From: Vampirovibrionaceae bacterium NZW_1234
GTDB taxonomy: Bacteria; Cyanobacteriota; Vampirovibrionia; Vampirovibrionales; JAGQHJ01
Length of the DNA: 30,701 nt
Assembly: GCA_041697335.1 (NCBI GenBank)
Contig: JBGUGD010000028.1
Span: 1-30,701 of the forward strand
Direction of reading: 5' to 3'
The position numbers and the translations under genes were made by a program. The number at the start of each line of letters is the position of its first letter. Positions within the stretch are counted from its first letter, which is position 1. Under the pieces are notes generated by a model. The model was not told the origin of the DNA. It did not search any database and worked only from the letters and a program-made list of their open reading frames with translations. This document shows, piece after piece, positions 1 to 9,386 of this stretch.

Positions 1-255
1 TTTTCACACGCGGTAAGTTATCTTCAGACATTGGTCACGAACCTTACTTTTAGGGAGTTTTCGCCATTTGTGCCCTTAATTCTAATCTATTCGTTGCCGG
101 TGGTTTGCTATTATCTCCTCTATTTGCTCCGTTCAAATTGGCAAGGGACAATTCATTTTTTGAAAACATCAGAGAGTCTGATTTACGCCCTTTTGTTGTT
201 CTTTGTGGTGTTTAATACAGGAAGCTCCAATGCGTTCATTTATTTCCAGTTTTAA
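1..255 (+). CDS. MBOAT-family O-acyltransferase (AlgI/DltB-like), C-terminal fragment; 5' end lies outside the window
   Basis: Frame open from base 1; hydrophobic helices; ends in ...NAFIYFQF*, the typical AlgI-like MBOAT C-terminus; followed by an SGNH-like gene. Confidence 0.8.
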   Translation, partial: FSHAVSYLQTLVTNLTFREFSPFVPLILIYSLPVVCYYLLYLLRSNWQGTIHFLKTSESLIYALLLFFVVFNTGSSNAFIYFQF

Positions 256-1111
256 GAGGCCTTCCGGCTTTATACAGCAAACCCTTTTATGGTTTCTTGG
301 AATTACGGTCCTGTATAGTGTAAGTATTTGGGTTTTTCAGCCTGAAATATGGACTGGGCAGCATCAAGGGCAGACCAATACGCTTAAGGCTGAAAAATTT
401 TTATATGCCTCGTTACCTGAGGTTGTGGTCGTCGGCTCTTCGTTAAGTTATCGTTTGGAGCCGGATTTGTTACCCAACAACTGGTTTAACCTGTCTTTTG
501 GAGGTGGAAGTCCTCTGACAGGGTTGGAAATTTTAAAGCGGCAAAAGACCCTTCCCAAAACCATTCTGATTGAAATAAATGCTTTGGATCGCGATTTGGA
601 TAACACGTTTGTCAGTAAGGTTTCTCATCCGTTTTTAATGCCGCTCAAGAGGGTTATTTTTAGTTTGAGGACAGAATACCAGCCTGTTACCTTGCTGATG
701 AATTGTCTTAAATCCCAATTATTTGAAAAGTCGGCTTTAGGGAAGCTTTACGAGACACCGAATTTGACTGTCGTCAAAACCAACGTGGCAGCATTAAAGC
801 CGGGTTATGATCAGCCTTTAAAAGACGAGATATTTGCACAGCGTTTTGAGCAGCTCCAGTCCTATTTAAATTACTTCCATGCGCATGGGGTTCGCACTGT
901 TTTAATCCAAATGCCGATTGATCCTGATTTACAGAACACAAAGGGTTACACCATGTTGCGAACCAAATTACAACGCCATTTTCCTCAGGAACGTTTTTGG
1001 ACTGCCCCGGATGACCAAGCCTATGAAACGCGCGATGGAGTGCATTTGACGCGTCAGAGTGCCAAGGTTTATATCAATCATCTTATGCAGCTGCTTACGG
1101 CCTCGAAATAG
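230..1111 (+). CDS. Membrane-anchored SGNH/GDSL-like (AlgJ/DltD-type) acyl-transfer partner
   Basis: N-terminal TM helix, VVVVGSS block, NLSFGG block and C-terminal DGVH (DxxH). ATG at 230 overlaps the MBOAT end (ORF track start 203). Confidence 0.7.
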   Translation: MRSFISSFKRPSGFIQQTLLWFLGITVLYSVSIWVFQPEIWTGQHQGQTNTLKAEKFLYASLPEVVVVGSSLSYRLEPDLLPNNWFNLSFGGGSPLTGLEILKRQKTLPKTILIEINALDRDLDNTFVSKVSHPFLMPLKRVIFSLRTEYQPVTLLMNCLKSQLFEKSALGKLYETPNLTVVKTNVAALKPGYDQPLKDEIFAQRFEQLQSYLNYFHAHGVRTVLIQMPIDPDLQNTKGYTMLRTKLQRHFPQERFWTAPDDQAYETRDGVHLTRQSAKVYINHLMQLLTASK

Positions 1112-1287
1112 CCTTTCTGCTTTATATAAGGGTATGCTGTTGCAGGTGTTTTGGTCCGTATCAGGTCTAGGGCTGATTGTAGTTATGCCTGTTGTCGATC
1201 ACAGAATATTGCCTCTTGAGCCTTCTGTGGCCGAAGGTGTATGATAACGGCAAACGAAAATGAGCAAACGGATGAGGAGGCTATCTT

Positions 1288-1722
1288 ATGGCGGATTTTC
1301 AGGCTCAGCATTCAGGGCAGGCCCAGGGTTCCTACCCGGTTCAGAAAAGCGAGCAAGAGTGGCGCGAGAGTTTATCGCCCGAGCAGTTTCGGATTTTGCG
1401 CCAGAAAGGTACAGAACCGGCGTTTCGGAATCAGTACTGTGATTTTAAAGGTCAGGGTGTCTACCGCTGTGCCGGGTGTGATGCCGTTCTTTTTGACTCC
1501 AATACCAAGTATGACTCGGGGAGCGGCTGGCCGAGTTTTTGGCAGCCTGTCTCGAAAGAACGCATTAAAGAACTGCCTGATAGCAGTCATAACATGTATC
1601 GTATTGAAGCCGTTTGTGCCAATTGTGGTGGGCATTTAGGCCATGTGTTTGAAGATGGTCCCCAGCCAACGGGGCTTCGCTATTGCATGAATTCGGCATC
1701 CTTGTCCTTTGAAGCACAATGA
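1288..1722 (+). CDS. msrB: Peptide-methionine (R)-S-oxide reductase
   Basis: GTEPAF, CAGC/CANC Zn motifs, [34 protein letters not shown] upstream. Confidence 0.97.
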   Translation: MADFQAQHSGQAQGSYPVQKSEQEWRESLSPEQFRILRQKGTEPAFRNQYCDFKGQGVYRCAGCDAVLFDSNTKYDSGSGWPSFWQPVSKERIKELPDSSHNMYRIEAVCANCGGHLGHVFEDGPQPTGLRYCMNSASLSFEAQ

Positions 1723-1882
1723 AGGTGACGGGGGGTATTCCGGTCAATATCGGGTTTTTGGCAATATAACGAAACGTTGCAGGAAAGGGCAATTTCGCGC
1801 CGGTGTTCCTTTTTATTGGGCTAGCTTCTGTGTACAATAGAGACTTCGCACAAGGGCGAGCACCAATCTGGAGGTTAGGCGC

Positions 1883-3679
1883 TTGGCGGCTACGGTCAAT
1901 TTATTCGGGGCCAATATCTGGGGGCGGCATGCTGCATTCCCGGCGCAGTCTTCCTATTCCTACGGTGCCATGGCCAATCGGGCCAATTATGACGGATCTT
2001 CGGCCGCTTCGGTATACCCATGGGTGAGTGGGTATGTAAATCCCACGCCGTATCGCTTCAGCCCGGAGCGTCTTCGAATCGTGTATACCAACGATACCCA
2101 CGAAAAGTACCGTGCCCTGCCCGGAATGGTGACCGCGTTTCAGCAGGCCGATGCCCAGGCTCACCAGGCTGGAACCGATGTATTGAACTTTGCTGCCGGG
2201 GACTGGAATATCAGTACCGAAGCCAATGAGACGGAGTTGAACGTCCTGCTGCACAACCTGATGGGCATTCACGCGTCCACCCTGGGCAATCACGAGCTGG
2301 ATCCGGGGTCGCCCTCGTTGGCCAATGCCTTGGCCAAAGCCAACTTCACCACGGTTGCCACCAACATGGACGTGCCTGCCAACAGCAAGCTTGCCGAGCG
2401 CCTTAAAGACGGCAAGTTGTTACGGGGTGCCCGGGTGATTGTCGGGCCCAGTGGCCAACGCTATGGTGTTGTGGGTTTAACCGTTCCCAATGCCTGGAAG
2501 TATATGAACCCGGATGCCCCGATGCAAGGTGTTGCAACCCACGATATCGGCCCGAGTATTGCTGGTATTCAGCGGGATGTGGATTTACTGCATCGCGCCG
2601 GGGTGAATCGGGTTATCTTAATCTCCCATTGTGGCTTTGAGGACGACAAGAAGATCGCTCAAAATACCAGTGGCATCGATATCATCGTCGGTGGGCATTC
2701 CCACACGGAGTTGAAGGGCATCCAACCCCAGCATAACTTCGTGACCTCCAAGACCGGGGAGCCGGTGATGATTGTCCAAACCGGCAAGGATGCCCATGCC
2801 CTTGGCGTGTTGGATGTGGCCTGGGATCCCTGGGGGCGGGTGGTGCCGCTTCAGAACAATTTGCTGAATCCGATGGATTTTCCGGCGCATCCGGCGGCGT
2901 TGGACTTGGCGGAACGGTATTTGGGTCATGCTAATCCACTGGCGCAGGTGGATGAAGAGATCTCGACGGAAGATGCCGTCAGTGTCCGGGAGAACAAAGT
3001 GGCCGATATGGTGGCTGACGCCATGCGCGCTGCCGCGGGTACGGACATTGCCTTGTTTCGGGGGACCAATTTGCGAAGCGACGTGTACAAAGGGGAGTTG
3101 TCGGATCGGGATCTCAAGATCCTGTTGCCCTTTAACGATGTGATGGTCACCTTCCAGATGACCGGGGCCCAGATTGTCGAGGCCCTCAATGAGTCGGCCC
3201 GCTGCATCAAGCTCGATGAGCATCACCCGGGGATGCTGCATCCGTCGGGGCTCTCTTATGTGGTGGACAAGGACAAGGGCAAGGTCATGGCCGTGTCCGT
3301 CTATAATGCCCAGACCCGCCAATGGGAGCCGTTGCGGATGAATCGCACCTACACGGTTGCCGGCGATGAATTTAGCGCGAAGAATCCCAAGGAGTACCCT
3401 GTCTTTAAGCGAACCCCGGTGACTCAGAAGCATGCCTTCCGGATTCGCGATGCCTTCGGGTCCTATATTCAGTCCTTTCAAGGACAACCCTTGCCATTCA
3501 AAGTGGATGGCCGTATTCAGATTGTTGAAGGTTCAGCACGCCCATGGGTTCAGCCCTCACCACCCCAAAACGACTCAGCCACTCGGCCCTGGAACGCTTC
3601 CGTAGCTGCCCGTGGGTATACTACCTTGCAGACGTCCAAAAGCAAGCCATACCAACCTACGCTGCAAGCATTAGCCTAG
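1883..3679 (+). CDS. Bifunctional metallophosphoesterase / 5'-nucleotidase (UshA-like)
   Basis: TNDTH, AGD, LGNHE, SHCG and GGHSH metallophosphoesterase motifs; 5'-nucleotidase C-domain (ADAMR..., LLPFND, DGRI); GGAGGT RBS before TTG. Confidence 0.9.
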   Translation: MAATVNLFGANIWGRHAAFPAQSSYSYGAMANRANYDGSSAASVYPWVSGYVNPTPYRFSPERLRIVYTNDTHEKYRALPGMVTAFQQADAQAHQAGTDVLNFAAGDWNISTEANETELNVLLHNLMGIHASTLGNHELDPGSPSLANALAKANFTTVATNMDVPANSKLAERLKDGKLLRGARVIVGPSGQRYGVVGLTVPNAWKYMNPDAPMQGVATHDIGPSIAGIQRDVDLLHRAGVNRVILISHCGFEDDKKIAQNTSGIDIIVGGHSHTELKGIQPQHNFVTSKTGEPVMIVQTGKDAHALGVLDVAWDPWGRVVPLQNNLLNPMDFPAHPAALDLAERYLGHANPLAQVDEEISTEDAVSVRENKVADMVADAMRAAAGTDIALFRGTNLRSDVYKGELSDRDLKILLPFNDVMVTFQMTGAQIVEALNESARCIKLDEHHPGMLHPSGLSYVVDKDKGKVMAVSVYNAQTRQWEPLRMNRTYTVAGDEFSAKNPKEYPVFKRTPVTQKHAFRIRDAFGSYIQSFQGQPLPFKVDGRIQIVEGSARPWVQPSPPQNDSATRPWNASVAARGYTTLQTSKSKPYQPTLQALA

Positions 3680-4326
3680 GGAGTGTCCTGCACACTGTTC
3701 TGGCCCAGTATCATCGGGCGCACACGCCGTTGTTTCCCCTTTCCGAGGAGTGGCTCCAGGCGTCTTTTCATGACGCCTGGGAGACGCAATTCCCGACGTT
3801 TCTGGTGTCGTCCGAGGCGGAGCTGGACACCCTGAAACGAGCAGGGCAGGCGATGCTGCACTCGTTTTTTGCCCGGGAGCAACAGGTTGGGCCGCCCCTG
3901 TTTTCAGAAGCGTCCTTTGAGGTGGCATTGCGTCCCGGCATCGTTCTGGTAGGGCGTATCGATCGGGTGGAGCAAAGTGCCGATGGGGTCTTGCGGGTGC
4001 TGGATTACAAGTCGTCCTTAAAGCCCCTGGATCAGTTGCCTACACCTGATGGGAGCCTTCAGCTGGCCTTGTATGCCTTAGGTGTTCGTCAGCTGTTGGG
4101 GCGCACTCCCGATGAAATCGGCTATTACTATCTGGCCCATGACACGGTGATGACCGCACCATTTACCGTCATGATGCAGGAGACCGTGCTGGGGGCCTTT
4201 GGGGATCTGGCTGACGCCTTGGCCGCCAATCGCTTTGAGCCTCTGCCCGAGCCTGAGAAGTGTCGTGTCTGTCCTTACCAGCCCAAGTGTCCCGAATTTA
4301 ATCCCAGTCTTCGACAGAGCCTGTGA
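3544..4326 (+). CDS. PD-(D/E)XK RecB/AddB-family nuclease with Fe-S staple cysteines
   Basis: LSHSAL..F..CP at the N-terminus, GRIDRV, VLDYKS, QLALYA and C-terminal CRVCPYQPKC. Confidence 0.9.
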   Translation: MGSALTTPKRLSHSALERFRSCPWVYYLADVQKQAIPTYAASISLGSVLHTVLAQYHRAHTPLFPLSEEWLQASFHDAWETQFPTFLVSSEAELDTLKRAGQAMLHSFFAREQQVGPPLFSEASFEVALRPGIVLVGRIDRVEQSADGVLRVLDYKSSLKPLDQLPTPDGSLQLALYALGVRQLLGRTPDEIGYYYLAHDTVMTAPFTVMMQETVLGAFGDLADALAANRFEPLPEPEKCRVCPYQPKCPEFNPSLRQSL

Positions 4327-4328
4327 GA

Positions 4329-4351
4329 GGAACGGAAAAGTTTTCCGTTCC
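4329..4351. terminator. Inverted repeat between convergent nuclease and uvrC; probable bidirectional terminator
   Basis: GGAACGGAAAA-G-TTTTCCGTTCC perfect 11-bp inverted repeat 3 nt after the nuclease stop codon. Confidence 0.6.
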
Positions 4352-4447
4352 TTGGGTTCCGGACGAGTAATATGGCTAGTCTCGGCCAATGCCTTCTTTC
4401 GTAGTGAGGCCGATACGACGCCGTTCAGGGCAGGCCAACCAGGGTCG

Positions 4448-6304
4448 TTACCCCGAGGCGCTGGAGGTGAAATGGCCTTGGAGGCTGTGGTAGAGATTTT
4501 CGGCGGTTTTGCCGCTGGTTTTGGTGGCTTCGGCAATTTGTTCCAGAGTGGCCAGCTGGATGGCGTCCACGGACTCAAAGGCTTCCAAGAGCCGTTGTTT
4601 TCGGGTTTCGCCAATGCCGGGCACATCGTCCAGGAAGGATTTGATTTGGGATTTGCCGCGCAGATTCCGGTGGTAGGTGATGGCAAAGCGATGGGCTTCG
4701 TCCCGGATTCGCTGGATCAGGTACATGGCGATGCTGTCTCGCTCAAGAACCACGGGGCGGGACTCGCCGGGCAGAAAGAGTTCTTCAAACTTCTTGGCCA
4801 AAGAGACCATGGGCTGATCGGTGATGCCCAAGTCCCTTAAGGCTTTCTGGGCCGAACTCAGCTGGCCTTTGCCGCCGTCAATAATCACCAGATCCGGATC
4901 CGGCCAGCCCCGTTCTTCCCGTTTCGAGAAGCGCCGGGTGATGACCTCGTACATGCTCTGAAAGTCATCGGGTTTGCCTTCCTGGGTGGAGCGGATCTTG
5001 AAGCGGCGGTATTCGGCTTTGTCCGGCAGGCCATCGGTGAAGACCACCATGGAGGCCACTGTATTGGTGCCGCTGACGTGGGAGATATCGAAGCACTCGA
5101 TGCGGCGGGGGACATTGGGGAGCCCCAGCTTTTCCTGCAAGATGAGCAGGGCTTGGGCCGGATCGCTTTTGAGTCGGGTTTCCTGATCGATGCGCGAGCG
5201 CTCCCGGGACTCTTCGGCATTGTTCACGGCCATGGTGAGGATGTCTTTTTTGGGGCCGCTTCGTTGGGGTAAGGTGATGGTGACTTTTTTCCCCTTGTTC
5301 CGGCTCAGCCATTCGGCCAGGAAGTCTTGATCCGGGACGGCATACTGCACGATCAGCTCGCTGGGCAATTCGTCCCTGTCGGTCAGATCTTCGTAGTATT
5401 GGAAAAGAAAGGCCTGGTAGACTTCCTCCAGCGGGGTTTCGTCGTTGAGGGCCATATCGAAAAAGGCGGTTTGAATGAGTTTGCCCCGGCGGACCTTGAG
5501 CAAGGCCAGGTAGCCCGTGGTCTCGTTGGTGGCCATGCCGACGATATCCTGATCGATGGTCACATCGTCGTACATCACGCGTTGGCGCTGCATAATGCGC
5601 TGGATGGCCTGATAGCGATCCCGAAGCAAGGCGGCGGTTTCAAAGTCCAGGTTTTCCGAGGCCGCGTCCATGTCGGTTTTGACCAGGGTCAGCAGATCAT
5701 CGGCATGGCCCTTCAGAAACAGTTCCAGTTGGCGGACGATCTGGGCGTACTCGTCTTTGCTCACCAGGCCCTGGCAGGGGCCCAGACAGCTGCCAATGTG
5801 GTAGTTCATGCAGGGGCGGTCTTTGAACAGCGGGGTCTTGCGCTGGCGAAGCGGGAAGATCTTTTTGATCAATTGCAGCGTCTGGTACAAGGCCCCGGGC
5901 GAGGCGTAGGGACCAAAGCACTTGGCCTTGCCTTTTTTATAGGGTTCCCGGGTAATTTCCAGGCGGGGAAAATCGTCATCGGTCAGCACCAGCCAGGGGT
6001 ATTTTTTATCGTCCCGCATCAGGATGTTGTACTTGGGCCGGTAGGTCTTGATGAGGTTGGCTTCCAGGATGAGGGCTTCAATGTCGGAGTTGGTGACGAT
6101 GTAGTCGATGCGCGCCACATGCTCGACCAAGGCCTGGATCCGGGGGGAGTGGTTGGCCCGCTCATGGAAGTAGCTGGAAACCCGGTTCTTCAGGTTTTTT
6201 GCCTTGCCCACATACAGCAGTTGCCCATCCGAGTCCCGGTATTGATACACCCCGGGCTGGCTGGGAATGGCTTTTAGTTGTTGGGCAATGGTGAGCGATG
6301 ACAT
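4448..6304 (-). CDS. uvrC: Excinuclease ABC subunit C
   Basis: GIY-YIG (PGVY..YVGKAKNL), UVR domain, RIECFDISH, IDGGKGQ, RDEAHRFAI, HhH tail. Confidence 0.98.
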   Translation of the reverse strand: MSSLTIAQQLKAIPSQPGVYQYRDSDGQLLYVGKAKNLKNRVSSYFHERANHSPRIQALVEHVARIDYIVTNSDIEALILEANLIKTYRPKYNILMRDDKKYPWLVLTDDDFPRLEITREPYKKGKAKCFGPYASPGALYQTLQLIKKIFPLRQRKTPLFKDRPCMNYHIGSCLGPCQGLVSKDEYAQIVRQLELFLKGHADDLLTLVKTDMDAASENLDFETAALLRDRYQAIQRIMQRQRVMYDDVTIDQDIVGMATNETTGYLALLKVRRGKLIQTAFFDMALNDETPLEEVYQAFLFQYYEDLTDRDELPSELIVQYAVPDQDFLAEWLSRNKGKKVTITLPQRSGPKKDILTMAVNNAEESRERSRIDQETRLKSDPAQALLILQEKLGLPNVPRRIECFDISHVSGTNTVASMVVFTDGLPDKAEYRRFKIRSTQEGKPDDFQSMYEVITRRFSKREERGWPDPDLVIIDGGKGQLSSAQKALRDLGITDQPMVSLAKKFEELFLPGESRPVVLERDSIAMYLIQRIRDEAHRFAITYHRNLRGKSQIKSFLDDVPGIGETRKQRLLEAFESVDAIQLATLEQIAEATKTSGKTAENLYHSLQGHFTSSASG

Positions 6305-6438
6305 CGATCCATCCCATTTCGAGTGTTGTTGGTCGAGTTTTTTAGGTCAGGGTATTGAGCAAGGCCGTACTCACAGGGATAGGGCTGATGCTTATGCTAA
6401 CAGGTGTTTGGAGCCGGGAGTATACGGCAGCGAGGGAA

Positions 6439-7158
6439 TTAATCCCGCTGACGCGAGCCCAGCAGTTGCAGGATGTAATACATCAGTTGCATCAGGGAGT
6501 AGAGGGCCGTGGCAACGTAAGTCATGGCGGCCGCGGTCAGGACTTTCTTGGCCAGGGGAATTTCCTGGGTCGTCAGGTAGCGGGTGGTCTGCAAGACCCC
6601 GATGGCTCGGCGGCTGGCGTCGATTTCCACGGGCAGGGTGACAAAGTGGAAGGCCACGGCCAGACCAAAGAGAATGACTCCGCCCCAGGCGATCAAGAGG
6701 CCCAGGTCGGGGGCCAGCACGCGCATACTCATCAGCAGGATGCTGATAAAGATCAGCAGCGGACCAAACTGGCTTCCCAGGTTCACCGCAGGCACCATGG
6801 CCGAGCGAATCACCACGGGGAAGAACCCGCGGGCATGCTGGATGGCATGGCCCACTTCATGGGCGGCCACCGCGACGGCCGACACCGAGGTGCCGTAGTA
6901 GTTGTCTTCGGACAGGCGGACTTTTTTATGGATAGGGTCATAGTGATCCGACAGGATGCCATGGGTGACTTCAACAGCCACATTGCCGATGCCTTGCATG
7001 TTCAGAATTTCCCGAGCCACGTCAGCACCGGTGCGACCACTGCCCGTGCGCACTTGGGCGTATTTATCGAAGGTGCGTTTCACCCACCATTGGGGAATAA
7101 AGACCAACGGCAGGCCGATGAGCATCAACATCATGTAAAGGGGATCGAAGTAAAACAT
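6439..7158 (-). CDS. Membrane neutral zinc metallopeptidase (YugP-like)
   Basis: LSDHYDP, AAHEVGHAIQH, TLPVEIDASRRA, VLTAAAMTYVA. Confidence 0.92.
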   Translation of the reverse strand: MFYFDPLYMMLMLIGLPLVFIPQWWVKRTFDKYAQVRTGSGRTGADVAREILNMQGIGNVAVEVTHGILSDHYDPIHKKVRLSEDNYYGTSVSAVAVAAHEVGHAIQHARGFFPVVIRSAMVPAVNLGSQFGPLLIFISILLMSMRVLAPDLGLLIAWGGVILFGLAVAFHFVTLPVEIDASRRAIGVLQTTRYLTTQEIPLAKKVLTAAAMTYVATALYSLMQLMYYILQLLGSRQRD

Positions 7159-7159
7159 C

Positions 7160-8152
7160 TCACTTCACCTCCATGGGTAAGGGCTTTGGATCAAACTGAC
7201 GTGTATTGAGTCGGTTTAGTGCCCCGTTGGCCCAGTCTTTTGCATTCAACTTCGGTTTGCCGGGGGCTTGCACGACTTCAACCAAAAGGGGGCCTGAACC
7301 GGTCTGCACGACCAGTCCACTTGGTATTATATCGAGTATTTCGCCGGGTTTCCCGGATTTCATCATTTTTTTAGAATCGGCCCAGGTTTCGGGCGAGCGC
7401 GTTTTGAGAAGCTTCAGGGAAATGTCGCCGATTTGGCTGATGGCACCAGGCCAGGGCTGTTGGCCTCGGATCTTGTTATGGATTTGCGCTGCCGGGAGCG
7501 ACCAATCGATCCAGGCATCGTCCTTCTCCAGCTTTCCGGCGTGGGTCACCTGACGGATATCCTGCTCGGTAGCCTTCAGGGTGCCTTGGGCATATTGGTG
7601 AAGGGAGGTGGGCAGAATGGATGCGCCCAACTCGGCCAGGCGCTGGGTCAGTGAGGCGGAATCTTCATCGGGATCGATGGGGGTTTCTGCCGTCAGCAGC
7701 ATGGGACCGGCATCGACATCAAGGACCGTGAACATGGTCGTAACCCCGGCCACGGCGTCGCCGTTGATGATGGCCCATTGGACAGGGTTAGCGCCTCGGT
7801 ATTTGGGCAAGAGCGAGGCGTGAACGTTGACGGTGCCGTATTTGGGGATGTCTAAAACCTCTTGGGAGAGGATCTGACCAAAGGCGGCGGTCACCAAAAA
7901 GTCGGGTGAAAGCTCCCGGAGCCACGCGATCATGTCGGGCTCTTTTCTCAGGCGTGTGGGCTGACGCACTTCCAAACCGGCTTCTAAGGCCAGGACTTTC
8001 ACGGGTGGCGGGGTCAGTTTTTGGCCGCGTCCGGCTGGCCGGTCCGGTTGAGTCATCACACCCAGCACGTCGATGCCGTCATCGGCCAAGAGGGCCTTGA
8101 GGGAGGGGACGGCAAAGTCGGGGGTGCCTAAAAAAATGACGCGTCGTTTCAT
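7160..8152 (-). CDS. fmt: Methionyl-tRNA formyltransferase
   Basis: FLGTPDFA, TQPDRPAGRG, NVHASLLPKYRGANP, PWPGA. Confidence 0.97.
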   Translation of the reverse strand: MKRRVIFLGTPDFAVPSLKALLADDGIDVLGVMTQPDRPAGRGQKLTPPPVKVLALEAGLEVRQPTRLRKEPDMIAWLRELSPDFLVTAAFGQILSQEVLDIPKYGTVNVHASLLPKYRGANPVQWAIINGDAVAGVTTMFTVLDVDAGPMLLTAETPIDPDEDSASLTQRLAELGASILPTSLHQYAQGTLKATEQDIRQVTHAGKLEKDDAWIDWSLPAAQIHNKIRGQQPWPGAISQIGDISLKLLKTRSPETWADSKKMMKSGKPGEILDIIPSGLVVQTGSGPLLVEVVQAPGKPKLNAKDWANGALNRLNTRQFDPKPLPMEVK

Positions 8153-8238
8153 ATTCTTATTCTACGCCAATCCCAGCCCATCCCCAACCCCCTCTTTGGA
8201 GGTGCTCCCTCTCGTGCTTTCGGGTTCGCTCTTTCGGA

Positions 8239-8523
8239 CGCGTGAATTTCGCGTGAATGGCGCGTGAATTTGGGAAAAACACGCGTGAATCACGCGTAAA
8301 ACACGCGGCCACGCGCGTGATTTCGCGTGAAATTGGGCTGAAACACGCTATCTGCTTGGGTGGGCCGGATCGCTTGCGGGGATGAGCGTCGATCGGCAAA
8401 ATGCAACTATAGTGTCTGTTTTGGCGATCTGGGTTGGCTGATTTTTGACGAAATGTGGGGGGCATATGAACCTCATCAGAAAAAATTCGGGGATTTTTAC
8501 GCGATTTCACGCGGTTTTACGCG
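8239..8523. repeat. Array of helically phased CGCG(TGAA) boxes in two oppositely oriented clusters
   Basis: CGCG cores at 8239, 8250, 8261, 8282, 8293, 8304, 8314 and 8324 (mostly CGCGTGAA); inverted copies TTYACGCG with cores at 8500, 8510 and 8520. Confidence 0.85.
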
Positions 8524-8783
8524 GGCGGGGTGTCTTATATTCAATTATATCTTTATTATATATTAGGCAGGGGGCAAAAAGCCTTTCCTTAAGGTTGTTT
8601 TAAGAATTGCTGCGGCGCTATTTCTTGTGGGGAAAGGTTTTGTATGATAGTTTGGTTTGCTGCGCTTTGTTTTGACAGCATAAACGCTTTTGGCCTCCGT
8701 CGATGGATCGACAGAGGCTTGTGTGTGTGGCTAGGGTGGTGTGAAACGCCTTCCGGGATGTTTTGTGGCAGTGCGGGGTCGGC

Positions 8784-9284
8784 TTAATACCAGACCAAAC
8801 TGAATATCTTCCAGAAACAGTTGTTGCTGGCCGTGTTGGAGAAGAAATAATCGTCCAGGGTATCGGTGTACTGGCCTGCGGCCGCCCGGAATTCTTTTTC
8901 GTATTTTTCCCGAAGCGGCCCGTTGCGGTGGCGAAACAGGTTGGCCTTGGCATTGAGCCGCTTGTTGAACAAGGGCAGCAAGGCATCGTTGGCCTGGTTG
9001 GCTTTGTGGTCAAACGCATGCATCTGATGGGTCAAGGACCGGATGAGGGCGATTTTTTCCATCTCCCAGCGAAGGCGTGCTTTAAAGAGCTCTTCTTTCA
9101 GCCGCTTGTCCTGAAGCAGCCCCAATTCGTCCAGCATGCGGTCACGGTCGCGCTGGGTCAGGAGGTCTCGATAGGACCGTGGCACAGGTCCCCGGCCAAG
9201 CGGTATCTCCGGCTGGGCGTTGTCTTGTGAATAGGGTCCCCGAAGGGCTCCCGTCTCCCCATTTGCGGGCGATAGGGATGGCAT
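8784..9284 (-). CDS. Hypothetical helical protein, paralogue of 9387..9857
   Basis: AGGAG RBS 9 nt before ATG 9284 (ORF track TTG start 9293); C-terminal region aligns without gaps to the neighbouring ORF. Confidence 0.75.
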   Translation of the reverse strand: MPSLSPANGETGALRGPYSQDNAQPEIPLGRGPVPRSYRDLLTQRDRDRMLDELGLLQDKRLKEELFKARLRWEMEKIALIRSLTHQMHAFDHKANQANDALLPLFNKRLNAKANLFRHRNGPLREKYEKEFRAAAGQYTDTLDDYFFSNTASNNCFWKIFSLVWY

Positions 9285-9386
9285 GGGTATCAACTCCTAG
9301 AACTCTCTCATGGACGATTGTACTGAACCGGGTGATGCTGACGGCTGTCCGCAATATGCCTCTGTCACCCAACGAAAACGAAAAGG

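Noticed and set aside
3544..4326. Cas4 / CRISPR adaptation gene
   Set aside because: The four-Cys PD-(D/E)XK pattern is shared with AddB/RecB-like nucleases, and there are no cas genes or CRISPR array in the window.
8239..8350. CRISPR array
   Set aside because: Units are 8-9 bp with 1-3 bp gaps; there are no 25-40 bp repeats with unique spacers.
8157..8566. ORFs 8157..8510 (-) and 8360..8566 (+)
   Set aside because: They cross a repeat array with a non-triplet period, have no RBS or recognisable motif, and are probably spurious.
8533..8640. dif site or classical DnaA-box oriC
   Set aside because: No convincing XerC/XerD arms and no perfect TTWTNCACA box; only a two-mismatch look-alike near 8626.
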